Shown piece by piece: positions 46,602 to 63,600 of a stretch of DNA of 64,000 nucleotides. How positions within the stretch are numbered: the stretch's first letter is position 1; each line of letters starts with the position of its first letter. The notes beneath the pieces were generated by a model. The model did not search any database and was not told where the DNA came from. It saw nothing but the letters and a program-made list of their open reading frames with translations. The position numbers and the translations under genes are program-made. Source of the DNA: Gracilinanus agilis (taxonomy: Eukaryota); contig NC_058130.1 of NCBI RefSeq assembly GCF_016433145.1, positions 738,532,239-738,596,238 of the forward strand, written 5' to 3'.

Positions 46602-48708
46602 ATGTTGCCAGTACTCCAACATCCCCACTCCTCCTATTAGTTTAAATACATTACACGGCTTGCCCAGGGTCATACAGCTGGTGTGTGTCCAAAGGTAGAA
46701 GGCAAAATTAGGCCTTCCTGACTCCATCTCTAATACTATAACCATTACACCACACTGCCTCCTTAAAAATGTTTTTTTAATTAACAAATTCATTTCTTAT
46801 CCCTCCACTGCCACCCCTTTCCCACAGAAAACAAATAAACCAAACCCTTGTAAGAAATATAGTCTAGCAAAACAAATTTCCATTTTTGCCATTTCTGAAA
46901 AAGATATCTTATCCAGCCCCTGAGTCAGTCATCTCTGCTAGGAAGTAGGTAGCATGTTTTATAGATTACACTGCCTCTCGAGCCCAGGCTGACTCAAGGA
47001 CAGACACAGAGGCACAGTTCTACATTTACTAGTGTACACGCACACAAAGGACACTGAGATGTATGAATTCATACACGCAGATAAGACCTTTGCCACTCTC
47101 TGGAGATCAGTTTCTCCCTTTGTAAAATAAGGGGAGCTCAGTTCCCACCTAGCTTAAGACACACAGTCATATAAAAGTCATACATTCTAACCCCATTAGA
47201 GTGGGGCCTCCAGGACCTCCTCTATCCTGAGTGGGGTCAGAATCAATAGGTCTGGCACCTCCCCTGGCATCACCAGAATGGGGAGAGGGATCTGTCACTT
47301 GGGAGGAATGTGTGTATTGGAGGGGAAGTGGGGTTCCTATGATTATGTATCACGTTTCTTCATCCCAGAGAACCATCAAAAATGGGGGAGGCAAAAAAGG
47401 GGTCATGATATACTGCTGTCCCCTAACATCACCTCCAATATATTCAAACACACTCATGAACTACTACTGCTATGGAGAGAAAAGACCCCCTTCCCCACCT
47501 CAGCTCCAGTTCTGAATAAGAGAATTCAGGGAGACTTTGGAGACCAGTCTCAGGGTCTGGAAAGGCTCAAGAGATTGGCAGAGTTTGGGGAGCTGGGGGG
47601 TACTGATCTTAAAGAGAATAGGACCTCCAGGTCCTGCTCCTCCCCTAGCCAGGTCTGGCCCCTGATGGAGAGTGTTACTGTAGTAACCACCCCAAAGGCT
47701 GGACCAGAAGGCTATGCAAAGCTGATAATAAGGCCCTTGTGGTTATTTAAGGAGGTAAGGACCCCCCCAGGGAAAGGAAGAATCCCATTCCCCCAGGAAG
47801 CATAACCAAGGAGACTGACTGAGCCAACCAATACTAGTCTGACCAGACAGGTCCATCTGCATCTTTGGACAGGTGGACAGGAGAGGAGACATTGTTTGGG
47901 TGCTGAGAGTGGAGGCCATAAAGCAAGGGAGGATGTCCTGATTCCCAAAGGTCCTCGAACAACAAAAAAGGTCTCTTTGTGGAAAAGGCCTTACTGTCCA
48001 GAAGGGATGCATTCCCAGGTACCAGTTAGGAGGACTGGGGCTGGGGAAGCCTCTGGTGAAGTGAGCAGAACAGACTCTAAATCCTCTCCCCTGCAGAGAG
48101 GAGGCCATGGCCTCCGTGGCCTCCACCTTCTCCGAGCTCTCTCCCGCTTGGCATCCCCCTATGGAGCCCTGCCCCCCAGCTGTCTGGGAGACCCTACCTT
48201 GAACCTTGGCAATGCCTGCTCCCAGACCCTGCTGACCCAGGTGAGAGCTTGTTGGAGTTGGAGGAAGAGTATGGATCCTATGATTCAGGAATGTATGGGG
48301 CACCAGTGAGTTTGGGAGGAGGGTCACAGATCCAGGATGTGAAAAGCATGTGTTAGGGGAGGGAGGGCCAGGACTCTGGGAGTGAGGTAAAGTTGGGAGA
48401 GAGAGAGGAGGCCTGGCCACCCCGCCCCCACCCAGCACCCAGCATAGTTCCACAAAAACAATTATCTGGATGATCTTTATGGGGCTTAGTCTGGGTGGGA
48501 GCAGATGGAGAGGGGGGGACTCCCAGATGGAGTCTAGGATTTGGAGCTTGGTGGAGGATCGTGGGTGTTCCCCCACCCTTTAAAAGTCCTACTCCAGATG
48601 CCAAGAGCAACAGTGGGAGCTGGAGTCAGGCACCTGCAGTGGGTCTGGGGGCAAAAGAGCTCAGCAGAAGGGGAACACGGTAAGGAATCACCTGGGGAAT
48701 CCAGTCTG

Positions 48709-51726
<3,018 letters not shown>

Positions 51727-51778
51727 AGGCTAAGATCTGACTGGGCTTCCACACTCGCCTACCAATCCCACACTACCA

Positions 51779-51784
51779 AATAAA
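51779..51784 (+). terminator. PCP2 poly(A) signal (AATAAA)
   Basis: About 50 nt after the TGA. Confidence 0.8.
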
Positions 51785-52241
51785 AGGCTTTCACAAACAC
51801 TGAATGAAGGGTCAGACTGAGTTGTTATTGTCAATGGATTAAAGAACTGGAGTGGAAGAATATAGGATTTTCCCTCATCTCCCTTTGGACTCAGATTCTG
51901 GACCCCGAATGGCTCCCAGCTAGAGCCCTGAAAGGAAAGGACCAAAGTGAGGGAAAGGCAAGGGGTTAATCATATGTGATTGGTGATGCATCTGACAAGT
52001 AGGCTAGGGCAGAGGAGAATTCTAGGCCATAGAGATCTCAAGTCACATGGGGAACAGGGGACTGAGCAGGGGATATGTGGCCTCTAGAGTTCCTCATCAG
52101 AAAGCAGGGAAAGAAGGAGTTCCTTTGCTAGAGCTGGGTCTGGAGTCTAGGAGTCCTACCTCCCAACCCTCCACCTCTGCTGGGCAGCAGCTAGGCTTTG
52201 GGGAGAGAGACAGGGCACCAGATTTCCAAATAAATTCCACA

Positions 52242-55200
52242 TCACTGCTGGGCAGTTCGGAGTAGTCTCTCTTCACGTTGCTTCCGCATTCGCTCCTTGA
52301 ATTCTTCAAGCTCCCGACGCTAATGTGGGTTGGAGAAGCATGTCAGAGGAGAATGCACAGTTACAGCCTTGGACCAGGCCATGGCCCATCCTCCCTACAA
52401 TCCAGCCCAACTCCAGTAGGAGTATGTTGGGGCCTATGTGAGAGAAGACTAGACCCCCAGGCAATCCTCTCCAACCTAAGTAGGCTCCACTCAGCTTTAC
52501 TTCCCTAGGATCCTATAGGCTAGGTGCCCCTTCCTAGGCTATAGCCTCAGGATACTGGAACCTGTCTCTTACCCATTTCCCTCCTGAGGATACCCCAGCT
52601 TTTCCTGAACCCACAGCAGGAGTTTGAGCTCAGTAGTTATTACCTAAAATTAGGCTTTCACATAACTGAATGAGTGCTGAGACAGACCTAGAGATATTTC
52701 CCACTGCCATCCCAACCCAACCATTCCTCCCCTTGCATATGATGGGGAAATTCAAGGATTCACCTGATCTTCTCGCTCCGGAGGAAAGATCTCCTGCTGC
52801 AGAAAGAGAAGAAATTGCTGGAGGTCAGAGAGAAGACCAGGAACAGACATGGCATCCCCTACCCTTCCCATCCCCCCCTCACACCCTCCCACCCCCAAGT
52901 AGGGCCAGAAGAGAAAGGAAAAACAGTGTCCCTTTCTGGGCAAGAAAGTCCTCTTATGACCCTTGACCACTCATAGAGGGAGTTCTGTATCAAGCAAGAC
53001 ATCTTGCCTTCAATATTTATTCTACTTATTTATTCTATTTGGATAAACATGGGTGAAGGTGTGATTGGCACTGAATATCAGAGTAAGAAGGGATCTCAGA
53101 GCCCATGGAGTCCAGCCCACTTATTATTTAAAATGGCCATGATATAGATTGATAGCAGAGCTAGCAAAAGAATCCAAGTCTCCAGGCTCCCAGTCCAAGG
53201 GCATTTCAATGCCTCACTAGATACAACCATCACCTAGGGAGGCACTGCAAGCCTGGCTTCTGAGGCCACAGGATGTAGGGACCAGAATATATTCCCTATT
53301 CATTGGCCCCTCTATACCGAGCCCTAGGATACCTTGCGCCGGATGACATATTCCTCAAAATATTCAGCTTGGTTGGAGATCCAGAACATGGCCACTGGGA
53401 AGGTAAGATACAGCGTCATCTATAAAAGCACAGAGAGCATAAGAACAGAGGTCATGTCTCCCTACTGCTTCAAGGCCAAACTTCTCAAAAACATTCACCT
53501 CCAGAAGTCTGTATGATTCACTTTGTAACAAGAATGAAATTGAAAACAAAAACTAATCACCCATATAGGGAATTTTAGAACCCCTTGAACTTGCTTCCAT
53601 GGAACACCAACTAGGAGGCACACAGCTAGCTTCGATATCATTTCTCAAGACTAATGAACAACTATATATAAAACGATTCTCATTTTGTAGAATTTCAGAT
53701 TTAAACAAAGATTTTCCTATTTGAGAAAGTAAAACTTTTTTAATTAAGAAAATTTTTCCATGGTTACATGATTCATGTTTTTTCCCTCCCCTCCTCCCAC
53801 CCCCTCCCATAGCCGACATGCAATTCCACTGGGTTTTACATGTGTCATTGATCAAGACCTATTTCCATATTATTGATAGTTGTACTGGGGTGATTGCTTA
53901 GAGTCTACATCCCCAATCATATCCCCATCAACCCATGTGATCAAGCAGTTTTTCTTCTGTGTTTCTACTCCCACAGTCGAGAAAGTAAATTTTTGAGTTA
54001 CTATTTTTTCATTTTAGAAATCAGTTTGCTGCATTATTTTCCACATACAATTCAAATTTATCTTTAGCCTTTTAAAGCCTTGATTGCTTGGGAAACTTCT
54101 TATTCTTGCTGATTTTTAAAAACATATCTACAGTCACAAATTTATTTTAAGAAATAAAAAGCATACTTTGAAATACCTCTAAGCTGAAATACCTCTAAGT
54201 CCTTACTATCTCTGCCTGCAGTCTTTCCTGAATCTGCCAAGGATCTTTTCCTCTCAAGCATTAGCTTTCATATACCTGTGAAACAGAAAGTGTCTCGAAG
54301 GCAAGCAAGGATATTCTGTTTTTGACTTTGTATCCTCAGTGTCCCAATCAGAGCCTAGCACACAACAGGCACTTCATATTTGGTGAAGTGAATCCCCACC
54401 ACACTCTCAAAATTGTTCTGTCCACAGTCACCAATTAACTTCTGGTCTGCCAAATCCAAGAGACTCTTCTGAGTTCCTTTCCTCTCTGATTTTTCTGTAT
54501 GATGTTTTTGCCACTATAGACCAAGAATTCTTTTTTAAAACTCTCACCTTTCTTTTGGAATCAATACTAAATATTGGCCTAAGTATAGACTATAGGAGTT
54601 AAGTGACTTGCCCAGGGTCACACAGCTAGGAAGTGTCTGAGACCACATTTGAACCAAGGAATTCCCATCTCTATGGCTGGCTCTGAATTCACCAAGTCAC
54701 CTAGCTGCCCACACTGCACCAAGAATTCCTAACCATTTGGTATCACAATCCCTTCTGACAATCTGGTGAAGGCCAGGGAACTCTCCTCAGAACACTGTAT
54801 TAAAATCATTGAAGGAAATGCTAAATTTTGGTTAGTGTTAATTAAATGATGTTGGCTTTTTTCCCACCTGAATTCACCAACCCCCTGAAATCTATCCAGG
54901 ATGCCAAGTTAAGGAGCCTGGTCTACTCCAGAAATCACAGGATCCCAGCTCTAGAGCTGGAAGGCATCAGAGACCATCTGGTCCAATCTCCTTTATTTTA
55001 TACATGGGGAAACCTTGGGCCTGTGTGGCTGGCACAACTCTACACTTTCTGGGCTATCCTGCTTCTTTAACAACTTTTTCTCTCTTCACTGGTTCTTCAT
55101 TTTTTCCATAATTACTTAATGTGGCTACTCTCAAGGATCTGGCCTAGGCTTTCTTCTTTTCTCCACTGGCAATCTCGTTTACCTCCAAAACTTTGACTAC

Positions 55201-58200
55201 CCCTCTGATGCAGATGCACCTGAAATCTGCACCTCTAGTTCTGACTTTCTCTCTGAGCCCAGAACTGCAGTGCTCCAGTTGCCTTAAGGACATTTGCCTG
55301 GATGCCAGGCTAGCACCCAAATTCAACATGTCCAAAATTTAGCTTGCTATCTTTCCCCAACTCTATTCTTCCTTTGAATTACACTATTTCTCTGGGACAT
55401 TATTCACTGTTCATGGAGTTTCCCAAGTTCATAACTTGAGGGCCTCTCTATATAATCAGACCCCAAGTCCTGTTGATTCCATCTCAGCTATATCATACTT
55501 AAGAAGTCTATCTCCTCCTTTTTCTGATCTCACTGATAGCACCTCAGCCCAGGTCCACTTAGTCTACTGCAGCTATCAAACTGCTCTTATCACTCTCATT
55601 CTAACCACTTGAAGAATCATCTTTCTTTTCTTTTTTTTTTTTTTTTTAAACCCTTACCTTCCGTCTTGGAGTCAATACTGTGTATTGGCTCCAAGGCAGA
55701 AGAGTGGTAAGAGTAGGCAATGGGGGTTAAGTGACTTGCCCAGGGTCACACAGCTGGGAAGTATCCGAGGCCAGACTTGAACCTAGGACCTCCCGTCTCT
55801 AGGCCTGGCTCCCAATCCACTGAGCTACCCAGCTGCCCCAAGAATCATCTTTCTTAATAATGACAATAGCTCGTATTTATACAATTTTTTAAGTCTACCA
55901 AGCCCTTGTTCAGAACAACCCCGTGAGGTAGGTGGTCCAATCAATTGACTTTTGCAGAGGAGGAAACTACACTTATGTGACTTTCTACCAGCTGTCATCA
56001 TAGGCAAGTCAATAAACCTGTCAGCACCTCTATTTCCTCTTTGTAACATAGGCCCAATAATAATTACCCCATCTACTCCCTGGGCAGCTGCCCCAACACC
56101 ACTTTATTGCCCAGGGTCAGAGACATGGAAAGGGAGAGCTAGAATCTGAACTCAGTTTTTTAAAATTGTGAGTTGAGTGTACTTTACTAAGCACCTACTA
56201 TGTGTCAGCACTGTGCTAACTACTGGGAATACAAAAGTGAAAATAGTCCCTTCCCTTAGGAAACTTACAGCTAATGTAATACAAGGGGAAAATATGTATA
56301 AAGATATATATATATATATGTAATATATGTATATGACACAGGTAGATACAAAGTACACTTAGTCTAATAAAAATTTCTTTAGGGTTTCATTTAATTATTC
56401 ATTCTCTTACCTCTCACACAGAGATACCAAATCCTGTTGATTGCAACATGAGGCAGCTAGCTGATGCTATGGATGTTAACAGGCTTGGACTCAGGGGAAC
56501 TTGAGTTCAAATCTTGCCTTAGATACTTCCTGTGTGATCATGGTCAAGTCACTTTATCTCTTGCAGTTTCCTCAATTGTAAAATGAGGTTAATAACAACA
56601 CCTACCTCCCACAATTGTGGGGATACAATGAAAAAATCATTGGAAAGCCCTTAGCACAGTACCCAGCACATAGTAGGATCCAGACAAGTGTTAGCTATCG
56701 GCACTATCATTATCTGCTATATCCATTCCTTTCTCTCTGCTCTTATTTCCACCACCCTAGTAAGAACCTCAACACCTTCTGACTGGACTACTAAAATAAT
56801 GTCCTAACTGGTCTTCTTGCCCCCAATCTCCTTCTCTACAATCCATCTTCCACATAGTTACCAGATTCATATTCCCAAAGCATATACAGGACACTGGTCC
56901 AGAGAGGGTAAGTGATTTAAAATGCCCCTGGTCACAGAGCCAGTAAATGCCCAAGTCTAAAATGCAAGCTCTTCTATTTGGCATTTCAAGCCCTTTCCAA
57001 TCTCTTAAAATTTTCCTTTTGTAATATTCCCTATTGTAATATTTTACACAATTCCCCCTTACCCACTTGACACTCAAGCCATACTAGATGTTTCCCCCAA
57101 ACGAAATTCTCTCTCCTTCCCTCTCCTTCTTCCATGTCTCCCATGCCCGGCACACTCTCCCTCATCACCTCTGCATTGGTGTTTCTCTTGTTTCCTTTGG
57201 TGCCTGACTCAAGCACCATCTCCAGAATTTTCCTGTTTCCTCCAGGTGTTAATGCTGCCCACTATAACTCTGAATATATCTTGTAGTTCTAATTCACTTA
57301 ACCCCACAGCAGACTGTAAGATTCTTGAAGGCAGGGGCTAAGATTATTTTTGTCTTTGTATCCCCAACACCTAGCACAGTACCTGGCATGCACACCATAG
57401 GAATCCAGGAAATGTTCGTAGAACTGAATTTGATTTCATTCTTTCCCTGCCTGGAAGCTATCCTTCCCAACACTTTCAAAATAATCTTCTCATGCACAGA
57501 TTTGACTCAAGGACCTTCAGTAACTCCTTACAGGCTACTAAGTAAAGTCCAAACTACTTTACTCCAATCTTGGGTCACACTACCTGTCCAATCTTATCCC
57601 ATTTACTCCGTTCCAGAAAAAATGGACTATTCAAAATCAAGAATATTGGAGTTAGCAGGAAAAAAGTTGGAAAAAATCTAATCCAGTTCATACCTTAATA
57701 GGAATTCCTTCTATAACATCCCCCAACAAGTTAAAAAAAACACTTTTCAAAAACAATAAAATCTGCAGATTCTACACTACTAAACTTTGACTTCCTGTGC
57801 AAATACTAAAATGCAACAGCGAAGGGATAGTCAGGAAACATCCAGAAAAGGAAGCAGTGATTACAAAGAGTCAGTTTTAGCTTCAAGTCAGACTAATTTT
57901 ATTTCCTTTTCTGAAAGGGTTACCCATAGCTTAATCTGTGGATATGGCTTACTTGGATTTTAACAAAATATCTGATATAATATCTAATTTTTTTAAACCG
58001 TTACCTTTCATCTTAGAATCAATAATGGTTCTGAGGTAAAAGAACTGTAAGGGGTAGGCAATGGGAGTAAAGTGGCTTGCCCAGGTTCACAAAACTAAGA
58101 AATGTCTGAGGTTAGATTCAAACCAAGGGCCTCCTGGCTCTAGGCCTGGCTCTCAAACCACTAAGCCACTTAGCTGCCTCCATCTTAGTTTTGTTCTTAT

Positions 58201-60336
58201 GGAGAACATAGAAAGACATGAACTAGACTATATAATACAATTAGATGGATTTAAAACTTGAAAGGTCAGATTCAAAGAAGCATTGGTGGTTCTCTATCCC
58301 CTTTGGGATAAAATACAAACTCTTCTGTTTGGCATTTCAAGCCCTCTCCAATATAGCTCCAAACTCTTTTCAAAATTTCCTGTTATAATATTTTACATTA
58401 TTTTCCCTTATCCTTACTTATGTTAGAGCAGTGGTCCCCAAACTTTTTTGGCCTACCACCCCTTTCCAGAAAAAATATTACTTAGCCCCCTGGAAATTAA
58501 ATTTTTAAAATTTTAATAGCAATTAATAGGAAAGATAAATGCACCTGTGGTCATCACCACCCCTCCTGGATCACTGCAGCACCCACCAGGGGGGCGGTAG
58601 CCCCCACTTTGGGAATTACTGTGTTAGAGGTTCAATGTCAACAAATAGGTCTCCAGTGGAGTGGCCTGAGTGACCTAGGGGGTCTATGTTGCACTCTGAG
58701 CTGTTTAGAATTTTTACCAAAGTCTTGGGACAAAGGAATAGATAGCATGATCATCAAGTTTGTGGATGGCACAGAACTAGGAACTAGCTAAGAAGTTAAC
58801 ACACCATATGGCAAAGTCAGGATCCAAAAAATCTTGACATGCAAGAACACCTAAAAAGATGAAATTCAATATAGACAATGGTAAAGCCTTAGGGAAAAAA
58901 ATCAGCTTCAAAAGTATAGGCTGAAGGTGTCATGGATCACTGGAAGTTTGAAAAAAAAATGAGGGGGCAGCTGGGTAGCTCAGTAGATTGAGAGCTAGGC
59001 CTAGAGATAGGAGGCCCTGGTTTCAAATCTGCCCTCAGATACTTCCTAGCTGTGTGACCCTGGGCAAGTCACTTAATCCCCATTGCCTAGCCCTTACCAA
59101 TCTTCTGCCTTGAAACCAGTACTGATTCTAAAGCAGAGGGTAAGAATTTTTAAAAAATGAAAACTTTTATAGAACTCAGTATAAGTAGTGGAGTATGAAA
59201 AATTAATATAATCCTGTTAGGATATTAAAAAGATTTAAGAAAGAAAAGAAAAGACAGCATGGAGCAGTGGACAGAAAGCTAGCTTTAGAGCCAGGAAAAA
59301 CTGATTTAAGTCTAGTCTTTAATACATGCCAGCTGAGTGACCTTGGGCAAGGCACTTAATCTGTCCATGCTCTAGGCCAGTGATGGGCAAACTACAGCCT
59401 ATGGGCCAGATGGGGATGGGGAGGGGGCCCTGAAATGTTCTATCCAGCCTTGTGACATTCTTCCTAATCTGACGAATATAATGAGTAGGATACAATACAA
59501 TGAAACTTCGAAACAGTTGCCTTAGAAACAGACTGACAGAGGAGCATTTCCTTTCCTTTGGCCTTCTCTTTAAAAAGTTTGCCCATCGCTGCTCTAGGCC
59601 ATTCTATAATTATAGGTCAAAACTTTAAAGCACTATGACAATGTTTATAGGGACCACAGTTTTTGTTTTTTAAACTCTTACCTTCCGTCTTAGAATCAAC
59701 ACAGTGTATTGGTTCTAAAGCAGAAGAGTGGTAAGGGCTAGGCAATGGAGGTCAAGTGACTAGCCCAGGGTCACACAGCTAGATAGTGCCTGAGGCCAGA
59801 TTTGAACTTGGAACCTCCCGTCTCTAGGCCTGGCTCTCAATCCACTGAGCCACCCAGCTGCCTCCTTGGCACCACAGTTTAAAGTCACAGTGACCTAGAG
59901 ATCTTGAGTTCCTATCACTTGAGGACTGGTTGAAAGCACAGTGGGGTGTTTAGTCGGGAGAAGAGAACGCCGGAGGAGACTGGGGAGACTAGTGAGAAGG
60001 GAGGACCGCTAAAGGGCCATCACAAGAGCGACCTCGGAGGCGTTATAACGAGCCTCGGACGGATTCCGAAGGCATACCTGGTCTCCCCAACAGGCAAAGC
60101 AGCCTAAGCACGAGATGGGGATTGGAGGGGGGAGCCAGGAGCGGGGGGAGGGGAGGATCTCAATGGGCTCCCCGTGAGTGGAGGTCTGCCGGTCGGCTGG
60201 GCGGGGATTCCTGTTCAGTCTCTAGATATCATCGCCAGAGACCCCAGCCTGCCCCAGACACAGGCCCCGGGAATTAGCATCCCACGCATCCCCAGCCCCC
60301 AGCACTGACCCGAAAAACCTCCAACTTCACCCCCAT
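52242..60336 (-). CDS. PET100: PET100 cytochrome c oxidase chaperone, 74 aa
   Basis: Exons 60310-60336 (MGVKLEVFR), 53333-53419 (MTLYLTFPVAMFWISNQAEYFEEYVIRRK), 52764-52796 (QEIFPPEREDQ), 52242-52319 (RRELEEFKERMRKQREERLLRTAQQ*). All phase 0 and GT-AG. Confidence 0.96.
53734..53978 (-). mobile_element. Short L1 3' end in PET100 intron 1
   Basis: Reverse complement of the L1 3' UTR; TSD gagaaagtaaa (53723 / 53979). Confidence 0.85.
55628..55839 (-). mobile_element. Young SINE-1_Mdo-type SINE in PET100 intron 1
   Basis: TSD aagaatcatctttctt. Confidence 0.9.
58429..58621. mobile_element. hAT/Charlie-type MITE, family A copy 3
   Basis: Perfect TSD tgttagag. Confidence 0.9.
59378..59591. mobile_element. 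hAT MITE, second family
   Basis: TIRs cagtgatgggcaaact / agtttgcccatcgctg; perfect 8-bp TSD ctctaggc. Confidence 0.9.
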
Positions 60337-60654
60337 CCTGGCAGGATCGACGACTGCTTCCGCCAGTCTTTGAAGCCACAACCGCCCAAACCTAGACTCC
60401 GCAGCAAGACGAGTGATTATTGCCCAGCGTCTAAACCGGAGGCTGAACTCTATTGGTCGAGGGGACCCAAACGGAAGCTTGCGAGGGAGGTAAGTATCCC
60501 GCCTCTTCTCCGAGTTCTGAGCAGACGGAAGTTGTGCTGAGGCAGGGCACGGAAGTGGGCTACGCCAACCAATGAGGAGCGGCGCCAGGACGGGATGGAG
60601 GCGGGACCTCAGTGCCAACTCTGGTGAAGGCTTCCCGCGAAGGCGCTAGGGAGG
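60337..60654. promoter_or_regulatory. Bidirectional CpG-island promoter shared by PET100 and XAB2
   Basis: CpG-dense from about 59950 to 60920; the ATGs are 318 bp apart head to head; CGGAAG ETS sites at 60472, 60526, 60550; CCAAT boxes at 60452 (reverse) and 60569. Confidence 0.88.
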
Positions 60655-63600
60655 ATGCCTGAGGTTGGGGATGCAGCCTCAACCGAGGCAAAGCTGAAGA
60701 CTCGGACTGAGAGGCCCGATCTCTTTTTCGTAAGTACGAGCGGGAGGAGCGCAAAGGAGCGGCGGGCTCCATGGGAAGGTGGGCGAGCTCTGAAACCTAG
60801 GCAAGGGAGACTCCAGCCCGAAGGAGGCAAGGAGTGCAGTGCGCAGGCGCGGCTCTGGTAGCTTGGGATAGTGCGCAGGCGCTCCTGAAAAGAGCTGCGC
60901 TCCCTAGGATCAGCTTGGTGATCCTCCTAGTTCTAGTCGTGTGGGACTAGACTAGTTGGGGGAGCGGAGGGAATGGTTCAGAGCACTAGTGAACCATTTC
61001 AGGTTCTTGAACAGAGCAAAGAATAGGATCAGAACCTCATAGAATTTCCCACTTCCAGGATACTCTTACTTGTTACAGATACTGAGAATCTGCTCAAAAA
61101 TCTTCAGTCCAGTTAGGGGCAGCTAGGAGGCTCAGTGGATTGAGAGCCAGGCTTAGAAGGAGATCCTGGGTTCAAAAACAAACCTCAGACGCTTCCTAGC
61201 TGTGTGACCTGAGCAAGTCACAACCCCCCCACCCCCTTTCTTAGTTCTTCTTTATTGCTCTTTTGCCTTGGAACCAGTATACAGTGTTGATTCTAGGAAG
61301 CAAGACAAGGATTAAATCTTCAGTCCATGGTCTCCCCAGTAAAGCTTAGATCCCTTTGCTTAGCCTTCCAGGCTTGCCACAATCCAGCATTACTCCCTTC
61401 TTGAAATATGGGGCTGTCAAACTGCACAGCCTCTGTGCTTTGTATGACCTGTGTTCTTCTTGCCTGCATGCTGTTGCTCCTCCTGTTCGTGAGATGCACT
61501 ATCTTCTTTTCTTCACCTGTTGGATTCTAGCTTCCCTTTAAAGCCCAACCCATGCATCCTCTCCTCTAGGAAGCTTTCTTGGATCTCCTCTCCCTCAACC
61601 TGATTTCACTGGACTCTTTGCTACAACACTTATTCAGTCATATTATCTTTTTAGTTATCTGATTTGATGCCTTATTTTTCTGCCAAACTGTAAGCAACAC
61701 AAGGACCAGGACAAAGTCATGTCATAGTAATACTCTTCGAGTATTTGGAAAACTTGTAAAGAAGGGATTTTGTTGTCTTTTTTCCTGCTTGGTCTCAGGA
61801 GGCAGAACTAGGTGCAATCAATGGAAATTAAAAAGCAGATCCAGGTTGACATGAGGAAAAACAAACTTACTGTTAGAGCTGTCCCAGGAAGTTCTAAGTT
61901 CTCAAAGCAACAGCATTGGACATCTTCATGCTAAGGCAGCATGATCACTTTTGGGAATAGAGCTCTGGCGCTAGAGTCAGGAAGATCTAAATTCAAATCT
62001 AACCTCAGATACTTCCTACCTGTATGATCCTGGGCAAGTCACTTAATCTGCCTCAGTTTCTTCATCTGCAAAATGGGGATAAAAATAGCATCTACTTCCT
62101 AGTCGTTATGAGGATCAGATGAAATATTTGTAAAATAATTAACATAGGCCTGGCCCATAGTAAACATATAATTGTTAGCTATTATTATAATTATTGCTTC
62201 TTTTTTTTTTTAACTCTTACCTTCTGTCTTAGAATCAATACTGTGTATTAGTTCTAAGGCAGAAAAGTTGTGACGGCTAGGCAATTGGGTTAAGGAGCTT
62301 GTCCTGGGTCACGCAGCTAGGAAGTGTCTTGAGGTCAGATTTGAACCCAGGACACCTCCCATCTCTAGGCCTGGCTCTTAATACACTGAGCCACTTAGCT
62401 GTTCCCCTATTGTGATTACTTTTCTAGCACTTAGCACAATGCCTGATCCATAGTAAGTGCTTTGTGAATGTTAGCTATTATCATTATTATTATTATTTAG
62501 TTCTTAGCACAGTAGCTGGCACATAGTAACACTATATAAATATTAGCTCTTATAAGTACAGGGACTATATGCTCTGTTCTTTTCATGATCTCATTTGTGG
62601 TTTTCTTGGCAAAGGTACTACAGTGGTTTGCCATTTCCTTCTCTAGTGAATTAAGGCAAGCACAAGTTAAGTGATTTGCCCAGGATCACACAGCTAGTGA
62701 GTGAGATCAGATTTGAACTCGGGTCCTCCTGATTCTAGACCCAGTACTCTATCCATGAACCACTTAGCTGCCCCACTACAAGAAGTTTGGCATGAATGCC
62801 CTTTGAAATCCTTTCAGCTCTTAAGATTCTGTGATTACTATACGTTGTATAGGTGTTCTACAAAGTGCTCTGCTGTGGGTGGCATTTAATAAAAATGGGG
62901 GTGAATTGAATTGTATTAGAGCTGGCTCTGGGATGCAAACCTTCTGATAGTTTAGTGCAGATTCCCAAAGTGGGTGCTACTGCCCTCTGGTGGGTGCTGC
63001 AGCGACCCAGGGGGAGTGGTGATGGCCACAGGTGCATTTATCTTTCCTAATAATTGCTATTAAAATTTTAAAAAAATTTAATTTCCCAGGGGCCAAGTAA
63101 TATTTTTTCTGGAAAGGGGGCGGTAGGCCAAAAACGTTTGGGAACCACTGGTCTAGTGGAATAGAGGGAGATGGAAAGAAGAGAGCCCAGGAGGAAGCTG
63201 TTGCTCTGATGAGTGGGAATGGAGAGAAAAGTGAGGATGCTGGAGGTGTTTCTAAGGGCTGCTGAACCAGAAACAGAGGCTGGGTAACATAAAGAAATGA
63301 AGTATTTCAGGATTTTGAATTGGAAGATGACTATCATATAGAACCTAAAAACAAGGAAGAACCCTACAGAATATCTAGTCACTGACACAAAGAGACAGTC
63401 TCATGGTTGGATGGGACCTCAGTGGTTTTCTAACCCAACCAAGTATATAATTCTGTCTTCCCCAAGCTTATAGATGATCACCTAGCCTTTGCATGAAGGC
63501 TTCAAGAGAGGGAGAACCCACTCCCTGCAAAGAGAGCTCCTCCTACTTTGAGAGCTCCAGTGATTAGGACAATTTTCCTGGTATCAGACCTAAATAGCCC

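Noticed and set aside
47743-48576. Longest ORF in the track (277 aa, minus)
   Set aside because: Near-cognate start, Pro/Ser-rich, no recognisable homology; it lies antisense to the plus-strand exon-like segments
53250-53280. LWPQK-like stretch as PET100 exon 3
   Set aside because: Too close to the exon 2 donor; 52764-52796 fits better in length, phase and sequence
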